From positions 64,001 through 128,000 of the forward strand of contig CAXXKT010000002.1 in NCBI GenBank assembly GCA_963662405.2: a stretch of DNA of 64,000 nt. The letters are read 5' to 3'. Positions within the stretch are counted from its first letter, which is position 1. Each line of letters starts with the position of its first letter. The notes under the pieces were generated by a model. That model did not search any database. It saw only the letters and a list, made by a program, of their open reading frames with translations, and was not told the DNA's origin. Below, piece by piece: positions 17,862 through 29,301 of this stretch. The translations under genes and the position numbers were made by a program. Source of the DNA: Syntrophales bacterium (GTDB lineage: Bacteria > Desulfobacterota > Syntrophia > Syntrophales > UBA2210).

Positions 17862-19118
17862 ATGAAAGAAGTAGTTATTGCCTCGGCATGTCGAACAGCA
17901 GTAGGGTCATTCGGCGGATCCTTGAGAGATGTCATTGCTCCCCAGATCGCCAGTGCTTCGATGAGAGAAGCCATCAAGCGAGCAGGGATTTCTGGTGATA
18001 TGATAGATGATGTCCGCTTTGGCTGCTGTTATGATCCCATAGATTCACTAAATGTGGCGCGTGTAAGCGCATTGCTGGCCGGGGTCCCGGATACGGTTCC
18101 GGCCGTGACAATCAACAGGGTCTGCATCTCAGGGATGGAAGCGGTCATCAGCGGGGCGGCCATGATAAAGGCTGGCGATGCCGACATTATCCTTGCAGGC
18201 GGTGTGGAACATATGTCAGGTGTTCCTTTCTTATTGCAGGGCGCCCGATGGGGAGGGCTTCGGTTCCAAGACAAATCTCTCGATGATGCTTTGGTACATG
18301 GCCTCTACAATGGTTCACGGATTCTTCCACACCCGGAGGAGGGTCCGGTAAAAAGCGGGATGCCTCTCGATCTTTACAGGGGTAAACCCTACTTGATGGG
18401 GCATACGGCGGAATTTATTGCTCAGCTTCACAATATCAGTCGTGAGGAGATGGATGTCCTTGCCCTCCGGAGCCATAACAATACTGAACGTGCGACGAAA
18501 GAAGGCGATTTCAAGGAAGAGATCGTGCCGGTTGAGGTTCCTCAAAAGAAAGGGAAACCTCCGGTTATTTTTGATAAGGATGAACACTTTAGACCTGGGA
18601 TTACCTTGGATGACCTTCGGAAGCTGCCGCCTGCATTTGTTCCCGAGATCGGTAAAGTGACTGCCGCAAATTCATCAGGCATCAACGACGGATCGTCCGC
18701 CATGGTCATCATGTCGGCGGACAAAGCAAAGGAATTGGGCATTACACCTCTTGCAAAGATCAAGGCAACCGGGTACGGCGCATGCCATCCTTCGGTAATG
18801 GGTCTGAGCCCTGTACCATCTGTGCGAAATCTGTTTAAGAAGTTTCCACAATATAATATCGACTCCTTCGATTTGATCGAGCTTAATGAAGCCTTCGCGG
18901 CCCAGTATCTGGGGTGCGAAAAGGAACTTGGCATAAATCGTGACATTACGAATGTCAACGGCTCAGGCATCGGTATGGGGCATCCGGTTGGATCTTCGGG
19001 GTGTCGGGTTATGGTAACACTTATCTATGCCATGAAGAAACGCGGGAAATCCCTTGGATTGGCAACGCTTTGCGGTGGTGGCGGAATTTCAATGGCTACC
19101 GTCCTAGAAATGGTCTAG
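17862..19118 (+). CDS. Acetyl-CoA acyltransferase (thiolase)
   Basis: NRVCISG, NEAFA, GHPVG and LCGGGG catalytic motifs. Confidence 0.95.
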   Translation: MKEVVIASACRTAVGSFGGSLRDVIAPQIASASMREAIKRAGISGDMIDDVRFGCCYDPIDSLNVARVSALLAGVPDTVPAVTINRVCISGMEAVISGAAMIKAGDADIILAGGVEHMSGVPFLLQGARWGGLRFQDKSLDDALVHGLYNGSRILPHPEEGPVKSGMPLDLYRGKPYLMGHTAEFIAQLHNISREEMDVLALRSHNNTERATKEGDFKEEIVPVEVPQKKGKPPVIFDKDEHFRPGITLDDLRKLPPAFVPEIGKVTAANSSGINDGSSAMVIMSADKAKELGITPLAKIKATGYGACHPSVMGLSPVPSVRNLFKKFPQYNIDSFDLIELNEAFAAQYLGCEKELGINRDITNVNGSGIGMGHPVGSSGCRVMVTLIYAMKKRGKSLGLATLCGGGGISMATVLEMV

Positions 19119-19127
19119 ATCAGAAGG

Positions 19128-19149
19128 GCCACGCCGGCTAGCGCGTGGC
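19128..19149 (+). other. Short intergenic hairpin between thiolase and hbd copy 2
   Basis: GCCACGC-CGGCTAGC-GCGTGGC. Confidence 0.45.
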
Positions 19150-19182
19150 ACCTCATAATAAACAGAAAGGAATGTGAACGGT

Positions 19183-20040
19183 ATGGTCCTGAAAAAAATA
19201 GGAGTTGTTGGTGCAGGTATGATGGGTGCAGAGATCTCTCTTTGCTTTGCCAATGGGGGATACGATGTGGTGATGGCTGATGCCACCACGGATTTGGCAT
19301 TGAGCGGTAAAACCCGTCAGGAAAAGATTCTCGATAAAAGCATTCAAAAGGGGAAGATAACCGCTTCTCAGAAAGAAGAGATATTAGACCGAATCGTTGC
19401 AACGGATCAGCTTAAAACCATGGCTGACGCCGATCTCGTCATCGAGGCGGTGGTGGAGAATTTTGAAACCAAGAAGAAGATTTTTGAGACGCTTGATGCC
19501 GTGTGTAAGAAAGGTTGTCTCATAGCAAGCAATACATCGAGCATCCCCATCACTAAACTGGCGACGACGGTCAGTAGAGAGCGGGCCAAGAATTTTCTTG
19601 GGATCCACTTTTTTTCTCCGGCCTTTATCATGAGGCTGGTCGAGATTATTCCCGGCTACCTTTGTCAAGAGGAAGCCGTCAAATGTGCGAAAGAGGCGGT
19701 CCAATCCATCAATAAGACGCCGATTGAAGTCAAAGATGTTGCCGGTTTTGCCGTCAATAGATTATTGAACCTTTTCTTCATTGAAGCGATAAAGCTTTTG
19801 GAGGAAGGGGTGGCAACGGTGGAAGACATTGATACGGCATGCAAGTTGGGTTTGGGCCACCCGGTTGGGCCCTTCGCGTTGATGGATCTGACAGGACTTG
19901 ATCTGAATATCATGGTACATGAAGTTCTCTTCAATGAATACGGTGAGAGATATAGACCTCGTCCACTACTTAAAAAAATGGTTACCTCCGGCTTGTACGG
20001 CAGAAAGTCGGGAGAGGGTTTTTATAAATACGACAAGTAA
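19183..20040 (+). CDS. hbd: 3-hydroxyacyl(butyryl)-CoA dehydrogenase, copy 2
   Basis: Same motifs as, and closely similar sequence to, 4050-4907. Confidence 0.9.
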   Translation: MVLKKIGVVGAGMMGAEISLCFANGGYDVVMADATTDLALSGKTRQEKILDKSIQKGKITASQKEEILDRIVATDQLKTMADADLVIEAVVENFETKKKIFETLDAVCKKGCLIASNTSSIPITKLATTVSRERAKNFLGIHFFSPAFIMRLVEIIPGYLCQEEAVKCAKEAVQSINKTPIEVKDVAGFAVNRLLNLFFIEAIKLLEEGVATVEDIDTACKLGLGHPVGPFALMDLTGLDLNIMVHEVLFNEYGERYRPRPLLKKMVTSGLYGRKSGEGFYKYDK

Positions 20041-20087
20041 GAAAAATGCGGTCGTAAACAGACGGTAAGCGCAACCCATAAACAGAT

Positions 20088-20193
20088 AAACCCGACGGTG
20101 GTATAACGCAGGGATAGTGTGTATCTACCCCCCCCACTCAGTGGCTACTGCTCCTGCTGCAGTGGAATCGGTCCACGTACCACCGTCGGGTTT
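20088..20193. repeat. 106-bp element bounded by perfect 16-bp inverted repeats
   Basis: AAACCCGACGGTGGTA (20088-20103) and TACCACCGTCGGGTTT (20178-20193). Confidence 0.85.
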
Positions 20194-20250
20194 CAATTTG
20201 TGATCATCATTCCACAGGGGGGAGTACGAGATACTTAACTCCTTGAGGAA

Positions 20251-20742
20251 ACGGAAGGAAGTCGGGAGAGGGCTTCCACAACTATAACAAGTTGGAAAAA
20301 CGCTTTCGATCGTACTTGGTCTTCTGGAATATAACCGGATGAAATTAATCAGATTTACCTGCAGGGGAGGGCACGACTCTCTCCTGCAGGGGGTAACCCT
20401 TTGAAAAGGCGAGCGTACCACCCCCTCATTCTCTGCAAGTTTTGTTTTCCCACGGAAAGACTCGATTCATTATACAAATTCAATCGAAATATCGGGGAAC
20501 TCTTTTTCAAATTCACGCTTCAGATCTCTCATGAGTGATGACGTGATCGCCAGTGCGATCGCACGGCAGGTGAAGCAACCCGGGAAGTGATCCGTAAAAT
20601 CGGTAAAAAGATACATTTCCCGTTTCATCTCATTGTACCGGACCCGTGTTACGACTCCCAACCTGTCCAGCGAAAGCCCGCTTTCCGGGTCTTTGATCCG
20701 TGCGAGGATCGCATCGATCTTCCGTATCATTTCCGGATTCAT
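20251..20742. repeat. Direct repeat copy B (492 bp), uninterrupted
   Basis: Begins with the last codons of hbd copy 1 (ACGGAAGGAAGTCGGGAGAGGGC...) and carries the intact small gene. Confidence 0.95.
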
Positions 20743-20745
20743 CAT
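20470..20745 (-). CDS. Small DUF59-like (metal-sulfur cluster assembly) protein with CxxC
   Basis: IKDPESGLSLDRLGVV resembles the DUF59 VxDPE...LG motif; PGCFTC. Confidence 0.6.
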   Translation of the reverse strand: MMNPEMIRKIDAILARIKDPESGLSLDRLGVVTRVRYNEMKREMYLFTDFTDHFPGCFTCRAIALAITSSLMRDLKREFEKEFPDISIEFV

Positions 20746-20843
20746 ATGACCCTATACCTCCCTGCATATAATTAAGTAATCCATTGACAAAATGGCAATG
20801 TGACAAGTAAAGAATATGAGCAGATACAGGGTGGAGGATTGTT

Positions 20844-21509
20844 ATGGAACTCAAGGAAGCCATCAGAAATCGTCGTAGTATCAGATCGTTTTTGGACAAA
20901 CCTGTCGATAGGGAAATCATTGAGGCGTTGATTTCAGATGCTCGGTGGTCTCCCTCATGGGGAAACACACAGCCTTGGGAGGTTACCGTGGTGACGGGTG
21001 ATATTCTCGAGACATTCAAAGAAGAGAACCGTAAGGCAGTTATGGGCGGCGATCAGGCCAATGCCGATATCCCCATGCCCATTGAATGGCCGGCAATCAA
21101 TAAAAATAGATATCGCGACGTAGGGAGGCACATCCTGACGGCGCTCTCAATACGACGTGAGGATACCGCGGCACGAATGAATTACTACCATACTATGTTT
21201 GGAATCTTCGACGCTCCCGCACTCATCCTCATAACCGTTGATAAGGCGCTTTCACTGGAATACGTTATGCTCGACGTAGGTCTCTTCGCTCAAACCTTCT
21301 GCCTTCTTTCCCATGAGAGGGGCCTCGGGACCTGCATTTTGGCTTCATGCGTGAGCTATCCCGATAAAATTCACGCGCACTGCGCCATACCCGATACCAA
21401 ACGTATCGTTATTGGGATGGCTCTTGGTTGGCCGAATATGAAGAACCCGGTCAATACCTTTGCGAGGACGAGGGGGGAGTTGGATGAATTTCTCCGCTGG
21501 GTGGGATGA
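20844..21509 (+). CDS. Nitroreductase-family flavoprotein
   Basis: RRSIRSF, SPSWGNTQPW, GLGTCI; TTGACA at 20784-20789 upstream. Confidence 0.9.
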   Translation: MELKEAIRNRRSIRSFLDKPVDREIIEALISDARWSPSWGNTQPWEVTVVTGDILETFKEENRKAVMGGDQANADIPMPIEWPAINKNRYRDVGRHILTALSIRREDTAARMNYYHTMFGIFDAPALILITVDKALSLEYVMLDVGLFAQTFCLLSHERGLGTCILASCVSYPDKIHAHCAIPDTKRIVIGMALGWPNMKNPVNTFARTRGELDEFLRWVG

Positions 21510-21606
21510 GCGGATGATGGCATCATGATGTTCATTGCCACCCGTTAACGTCCGATAAGATATGTTATGTAAACTTAGCCGGTGAAATTCTCAGGTCCGC
21601 CTTGAG

Positions 21607-22560
21607 TCATTCCAGAATATCCCTTAAAAGAGAAAGGCTCATATCAAAGGCATGTCTCCCCTCGCGAATCGTCTCATCGGCCCGGTTATATTCCAGAAGA
21701 CCAATGTGAGCAAGACGAGGAGAGATTAACAAATCAGGAGGATCACCGGCAAGCCTCTGTCGTGTAATCCGGTCCTGCATGATGTTTGTCGCCGTCGTCA
21801 TTACCTCAAAGAGTGACGGATCGCGATCCGCACTCCCCAGTCCCAACCATGCCGGAATCAGTGCTTTCCCACGCCTGACCGTATTGTCCAGATAGAGAGA
21901 AAGCTGCTCATGCAATCTCCCCGATGTGTGTTTTTCTTTTGGGGGTGGCCCATCTTTCGGTTGCGGCTTTTGTATCCGTCGTTTCCCTATGAGGTCGGCG
22001 TTGAGATTGACTGCTATCACGATATCCGCACCCATCGCTCGGCACACTGATACAGGGACAGGATTCACAATACCGCCGTCAACCAGCCATTGATCACCTT
22101 TTTTAAAAGGTACGAAGATGCCCGGCAATGATATGCTTGCGCGGACGGCGTCCATCACCGACCCCTCTCGGATCCATATTTCTTGGCCCGACATGAGGTC
22201 GGTAGCTACTGCCGCAAAAGGGATGTGGAGATCTTCTATGTTGGGGTCAGAAAAATTCTTTCTGAAGAATCGTATTATCTTATCTCCCTCGATGAGACCC
22301 GACCGAGGAAACATGACATCCATAAATCCGATAATATCGGACCACGAGAGTTCCCGGACCCACTCATCCAGTTGATCAAGTGCCCCGGCGGCCAAGGCGC
22401 CGCCTACAATGGCCCCGATCGATGTCCCGCACACCATATCGATTCGAATCCCTGCCTCCTGGAGACCCTGTATGACCCCGATATGAGACCATCCCCGTGC
22501 GGAACCACTGCCTAATGCCAAGCCGATTTTTCGTGGCTTTGTCGTTATTGTCCCTCCCAT
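21607..22560 (-). CDS. Patatin-like phospholipase (RssA/NTE family)
   Basis: LGSGSARG, GTSIG, DGG motifs. Confidence 0.9.
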   Translation of the reverse strand: MGGTITTKPRKIGLALGSGSARGWSHIGVIQGLQEAGIRIDMVCGTSIGAIVGGALAAGALDQLDEWVRELSWSDIIGFMDVMFPRSGLIEGDKIIRFFRKNFSDPNIEDLHIPFAAVATDLMSGQEIWIREGSVMDAVRASISLPGIFVPFKKGDQWLVDGGIVNPVPVSVCRAMGADIVIAVNLNADLIGKRRIQKPQPKDGPPPKEKHTSGRLHEQLSLYLDNTVRRGKALIPAWLGLGSADRDPSLFEVMTTATNIMQDRITRQRLAGDPPDLLISPRLAHIGLLEYNRADETIREGRHAFDMSLSLLRDILE

Positions 22561-22569
22561 AACTCTCTC

Positions 22570-23295
22570 CTATACCAGTTCCATATCGCCCTGCATACCG
22601 AGTTTATCCCCCATAATAATCAGGACGCTTTGCACTCCTTCTATACCCATTCCATAATCAAGTGCTCTTGTTATATCCCCTTCCCCCTTTAATCGGTTTC
22701 CGATCGACGTTGCCGCGGCATCGGCCAGGGTTGAAGACTCGGAGCTTACGCACACCGCATCCGCCCTCCCGAAACTTGTCGAGTGCCCGATTGTTCCCGA
22801 GGAAGTGCAGATGCCCAAGGTATTTCCACCTGTCTTCATCTTCAGGGAAACCTTATAACTGAGGGGGGAATCGCCTGCAAAGATCCCAACGGTAATGTCC
22901 CTCCCATCCTTGAATCTCATGAATATGTCCCCGCCGTTTTCGATGATAATATTTCCTGAATATTCCAAAAGATCGAGGCCAACGTACCGCGCGATCGCCC
23001 CGGCAACGGAGGCCATCGGACCGACCCCGCAGCGGGCTCCCGCCTCGATCATCTCCCGCACGATTGCAGGCGCAAAGGGGTCTTGTACCACCGGAGTCAT
23101 AGAATCTGAAAAGTTCGGATGCTGAATGATATATTCCTCAATGAACCCCCTGTATTTGTGCACCGATTTGAGAGCCGCACTGGTACAATCGGTCTCTGCG
23201 CATATATAGAGATCCGTCTCTTTTACCGTCGTCTGAAATGAGACAAGCGAACCCGTGGAGATTCGGTCTCTATACGTTCGCTTACGATATTTCAT
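22570..23295 (-). CDS. UPF0280 family (ApbE-like) protein
   Basis: VGPMASVAGA, IENGGDI, GICTSSGTIGHSTSFGRADA. Confidence 0.85.
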   Translation of the reverse strand: MKYRKRTYRDRISTGSLVSFQTTVKETDLYICAETDCTSAALKSVHKYRGFIEEYIIQHPNFSDSMTPVVQDPFAPAIVREMIEAGARCGVGPMASVAGAIARYVGLDLLEYSGNIIIENGGDIFMRFKDGRDITVGIFAGDSPLSYKVSLKMKTGGNTLGICTSSGTIGHSTSFGRADAVCVSSESSTLADAAATSIGNRLKGEGDITRALDYGMGIEGVQSVLIIMGDKLGMQGDMELV

Positions 23296-23359
23296 TGAAG
23301 TATACGGTTATGGTTGGAAAGTGGTAGTTCATGAACGTCGGGACCCGGATCTGTTCTTG

Positions 23360-26300
23360 TCACATAAAACAGGTCGCACCCGGCCCTAAGAGTTTATCCC
23401 CCTCTCTTCTGATGTCTTCCGAAATCTCAGCCCTTGTTGCGTCGCCGAGCGAGAGGATAGTCTCAGCATTACTCTTTGAAACTAAGTGTATATATACCGG
23501 ATAATTACCTCTCCTTCTTTCAATGACATCATTAAGGTCTTCAATGGTTCCACCCGTCGATTTGTCCGCGTCAAGCATAAAGTGAACGGAAGAAAAGGGT
23601 GTCTTCAATGCATCTTCAACGGTGTTGATTTCAGACGCTACAATCTTGGCTCCTTCTTCTCCGATATCAAGTCGCCCCTTGATGTGGAGGGGAGCCTCGC
23701 TGTGAATGAGAGACATGTGGTCCCGGTAGAGTTCAGCGAACACAAGAATTGTCATGAATCCTTTGAGATCCTCGATAGTTACATATGCCATCTTGTCTTT
23801 TTTCTTTGTGGTCACTTCGCGCACGTTACTCACGACACCGGCCACCGAAACGGTGGTCCCATCCCTTTTTGACATCAATGTCTGGGAATTACCGTCCACG
23901 ATCGTCTCGATCCTATCGGCAAATTGCAAGAGCGGGTGACCGGTAATATAAAAACCGAGCATGTCCTTCTCATAGGAAAGCAGAATATCATGATCCCATT
24001 CAGGGACATCTGGAAGATCCGGCAGGGACGCATCAAGCATCTTCGGCTGATCGAAGAGATTGCCTTGGCCGTTCATGCGGTCCCGATGCATTCTTTGAGC
24101 GACGGTAGCAATATCATCATAGCCTTCCATAAGCCGGCAGCGGTTCTTCTCCAGCGAGTCGAAGGCTCCGCACTTGATCAAACTTTCTATGACCTTTTTG
24201 TTGATCTTATGGAGATCAACCCGATTGCAAAAATCTTGAAAAGATGAGAATCTTCCGCCCGATTCCCGTGAAGCTATGATGGAGTCCACGGCCCCCGCAC
24301 CGACGTTCTTCACCGCGGACAGCCCAAAGCGAATGTTTCCTCCCACGACGCTGAAGTCGGTAAATGATTCATTGATATCCGGAGGCAGGACGGGAATATC
24401 CATGTCACGACAACTGGCAATATACTTGATGATATTGTCCCGGTTGTTTTTCTCGCTGGTGAGCAGGGCCGTCATGAACTCCACCGGGTAGTGAGCCTTC
24501 AGATAGGCTGTCTGGAAAGAGATCATCGTGTAGGCGGTGCTGTGGGACTTGTTGAAACCGTAACCGGCGAAGGTCTCCATCTGTTCCCATATCTTCTTTG
24601 CGGCGGTTTCCGCTATCTTGTTCTTCTTGGCACCGGCGACAAACTTGGGGCTCTCCTTTTCCATGGCCGAAACTTTTTTCTTGCTCATCGCCCGCCGCAG
24701 GTTGTCCGCATCCGCCATGCTGTAACCACCGACCACACCGGCAATCTGCATTACCTGCTCCTGGTAAAGGATAATGCCATAGGTCTCCTTCAGGATATCC
24801 TCGAGGCGTGGATCTTCGTAGACGATCTTCTGCCGGCCCTGTTTTCGTGCAATAAAGTCGGGAACCATGCTCATCGGACCCGGACGATACAGGGAGATCA
24901 GGGCAATAATATCCTCGATACAATCAGGTTTCATGTTGACGAGAATATCCTTCATCCCGGCACTTTCAAGTTGAAAGACGCCGTCCGTCTGTCCCTTCAT
25001 GAGGAGGTCATAGGTTGTCTTGTCGTCGAGGGGGATCGTATCGATCGAAAAATCCTTCTCTCCCTTCCCCTCTCTGATGAATCGCAGGGCATCCCTGATG
25101 ACGGTCAGTGTCCGAAGGCCCAGGAAATCGAATTTCGTCAGCCCCACTTCCTGCAGGTCGTTCATCGAGTACTGGGTGACGATATCATCGCTTGTCGGGC
25201 TCTTATAGAGGGGAACCCGTTCCACCAGGGGGACATCGGATATCACCACCCCGGCGGCGTGGGTTGATGCGTGGCGATTCAGACCTTCGAGCGACTGGGA
25301 GAGGGAAAGGAGTCTCTTGACTTTCTCGTTCTTCCTCTGTTCCTCCGCCAAGCGGGGTTCATCCTTGAGTGCCTGTTTCAGGGTAATGCCAAGGGTATTG
25401 GGGATCATCTTCGCGATCGTATCTACTTCGCCGTACGGCATATTGAGGGCCCTGCCGACATCTCTGACGACCCCCTTCGCCTGCATCTTGCCGAAGGTGA
25501 TAATTTGAGACACCTGATCGCTTCCATACTTTTCAGTGACATAACGGATGATCTCGTCGCGTCCCTCCATACAAAAATCGGTATCGATGTCGGGCATACT
25601 TCTCCTGCTCGGATTCAGAAACCGTTCAAAGAAAAGTCCATAACGGATGGGGTCTATATTGGTGATGCTCAGGGCATAGGCCACAAGACTCCCGGCAGCG
25701 GATCCCCTCCCCGGCCCCACCGGGATATTCTTTTTCTTCGCATAGTTGATGAAATCGGACACAATAAGAAAATAACCTGGGAATTCCATGGAGTTGATAA
25801 TCTCAAGCTCCATCTCCAATCGCTTCTGATATTGTTTTATGATCTCCTCAACTTCTGCTTCTTTTACCCCTGCGGTTATGGTCGGTATCAATCGTTCCAA
25901 GCCTTCCCGCGCCAGCTTGGCGAGGTGGTCTTCCTGTGATAGACCCGCATCGGTTTCGTAATGGGGAAGGAAAAACTGGAGTCCCAGATCAAGACGTAAG
26001 TTGCATTTATTAGCTATTTCAATTGTATTTGTAATTGCTTCAGGGCAGTAGCTAAAGCTCTCCTTCATCTCTTCGGGGGACTTCAGATAAAACTCCTCGG
26101 AGCTGAACCGCATCCTCCTGTCGTCTTCCATGGTCGTCCCTGTCTGTATGCACAGGAGAACCTCGTGCGCCTCGGCGTCTTCGCGGTTCAGGTAGTGACA
26201 GTCATTGGTCGCGACCAGGGGGATGGAAAGCATTTTCCCCAGCTCGATAAGTCCCTCATTGGCCCTTTTCTGCTCTTCGAGGCCGTTTTCCATGATTTCG

Positions 26301-26812
26301 AGGTAGAAGTTACCCTCTCCGAAGATCTCACGGTACTCTTCGGCCACACTCTTTGCACCCTCCCGGTCTCCTTTCAGGAGAAGGTGGGCTATCTCGCCGT
26401 TGAGACACGCGCTCGTGCAGATCAGACCCTCGCTATGGCGGGCCAGCAATTCCTTATCAACGCGAGGCTTGTAATAAAAACCCTCCAGATACCCAGCGGA
26501 GGTCAGCTTCATGAGATTCCGGTACCCATGGGTATCCTTCGCAAGGATGACCAGGTGGCGGTGCCCTTCGTTACGCTCAAAACGGCTTCCGGGAGCCACG
26601 TACAATTCGCATCCGATAATGGGTTTTATACCTGCCGCGTAGGCCTTCTGATAAAAATCGACGGCACCGAACATGTTGCCGTGATCGGTCATGGCGATGG
26701 CGGGCATCTGATACTGTTTCGCCTTCGCGAGGAGATCATCAAGGCGGATCGCACCATCCAGGAGGCTGTATTGTGTGTGCACGTGCAAATGCACGAAATC
26801 GGAGTAGTTCAT
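23360..26812 (-). CDS. dnaE: DNA polymerase III alpha subunit
   Basis: HLHVHTQYSLLDG PHP domain, GPGRGSAAGS, PDIDTDF, YGFNKSH; 1150 aa. Confidence 0.97.
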   Translation of the reverse strand: MNYSDFVHLHVHTQYSLLDGAIRLDDLLAKAKQYQMPAIAMTDHGNMFGAVDFYQKAYAAGIKPIIGCELYVAPGSRFERNEGHRHLVILAKDTHGYRNLMKLTSAGYLEGFYYKPRVDKELLARHSEGLICTSACLNGEIAHLLLKGDREGAKSVAEEYREIFGEGNFYLEIMENGLEEQKRANEGLIELGKMLSIPLVATNDCHYLNREDAEAHEVLLCIQTGTTMEDDRRMRFSSEEFYLKSPEEMKESFSYCPEAITNTIEIANKCNLRLDLGLQFFLPHYETDAGLSQEDHLAKLAREGLERLIPTITAGVKEAEVEEIIKQYQKRLEMELEIINSMEFPGYFLIVSDFINYAKKKNIPVGPGRGSAAGSLVAYALSITNIDPIRYGLFFERFLNPSRRSMPDIDTDFCMEGRDEIIRYVTEKYGSDQVSQIITFGKMQAKGVVRDVGRALNMPYGEVDTIAKMIPNTLGITLKQALKDEPRLAEEQRKNEKVKRLLSLSQSLEGLNRHASTHAAGVVISDVPLVERVPLYKSPTSDDIVTQYSMNDLQEVGLTKFDFLGLRTLTVIRDALRFIREGKGEKDFSIDTIPLDDKTTYDLLMKGQTDGVFQLESAGMKDILVNMKPDCIEDIIALISLYRPGPMSMVPDFIARKQGRQKIVYEDPRLEDILKETYGIILYQEQVMQIAGVVGGYSMADADNLRRAMSKKKVSAMEKESPKFVAGAKKNKIAETAAKKIWEQMETFAGYGFNKSHSTAYTMISFQTAYLKAHYPVEFMTALLTSEKNNRDNIIKYIASCRDMDIPVLPPDINESFTDFSVVGGNIRFGLSAVKNVGAGAVDSIIASRESGGRFSSFQDFCNRVDLHKINKKVIESLIKCGAFDSLEKNRCRLMEGYDDIATVAQRMHRDRMNGQGNLFDQPKMLDASLPDLPDVPEWDHDILLSYEKDMLGFYITGHPLLQFADRIETIVDGNSQTLMSKRDGTTVSVAGVVSNVREVTTKKKDKMAYVTIEDLKGFMTILVFAELYRDHMSLIHSEAPLHIKGRLDIGEEGAKIVASEINTVEDALKTPFSSVHFMLDADKSTGGTIEDLNDVIERRRGNYPVYIHLVSKSNAETILSLGDATRAEISEDIRREGDKLLGPGATCFM

Positions 26813-26862
26813 ATATCTCTTGTCTCCACAGTTGCTTCAATCCCGCGCAGGAGGTTGCCCTT

Positions 26863-28813
<1,951 letters not shown>

Positions 28814-28828
28814 TACCTGCTCATTTTA

Positions 28829-29272
28829 TTATACACTCTCGAGAATCATGGTCACCGGGCCGTTGTTGACGAGGGACACCTTCATCATGGTGCGAAAGCG
28901 CCCGGTTGCCACCTTTTTGATTGAACGTTGCGTCTTTTGTACAAAATACTCGTAGAGTTCGTCCGCCTCTTCAGGCCCGGCGGCCCCGGTAAAAGAAGGG
29001 CGCCGCCCCTTCCGGCAGTCGGCAAGGAGGGTAAACTGCGATACCACCAGCATTTCCCCCTCAATGTCCAAGAGGGAAAGATTCATCTTGCCGTCCGGAT
29101 CTTCAAATATCCGGAGGTTGACAATCTTATCAGAAAGATAATCGGCATCCCGCTCAGTGTCTCCCCTTGCGACCCCGATGAGCACCATGACCCCCTCCCC
29201 TATCCGGCCGACCGTGTGCCCGTCAACATTTACTTCCGCGGAACTGACCCTCTGAACTACAGCCTTCACCAT
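28829..29272 (-). CDS. dtd: D-aminoacyl-tRNA deacylase
   Basis: VVQRV, SQFTL, NNGPVT. Confidence 0.95.
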   Translation of the reverse strand: MVKAVVQRVSSAEVNVDGHTVGRIGEGVMVLIGVARGDTERDADYLSDKIVNLRIFEDPDGKMNLSLLDIEGEMLVVSQFTLLADCRKGRRPSFTGAAGPEEADELYEYFVQKTQRSIKKVATGRFRTMMKVSLVNNGPVTMILESV

Positions 29273-29301
29273 ACCTCCATTATCGGCAATTTGAGATAGT
29301 G

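Noticed and set aside
6632..20250. Prophage, ICE or composite transposon
   Set aside because: No integrase, relaxase, phage genes or tRNA target. There is only one IS copy, and it lies inside a repeat rather than bounding the block.
20125..20421. Duplicated minus-strand ORF (also 4849-5034)
   Set aside because: The similarity is just the DNA repeat. The two versions diverge at the repeat boundary, one overlaps hbd antisense, and no motif is present.
23360..26812. Intein or split in dnaE
   Set aside because: Normal length, continuous motifs and no intein terminal signatures seen.
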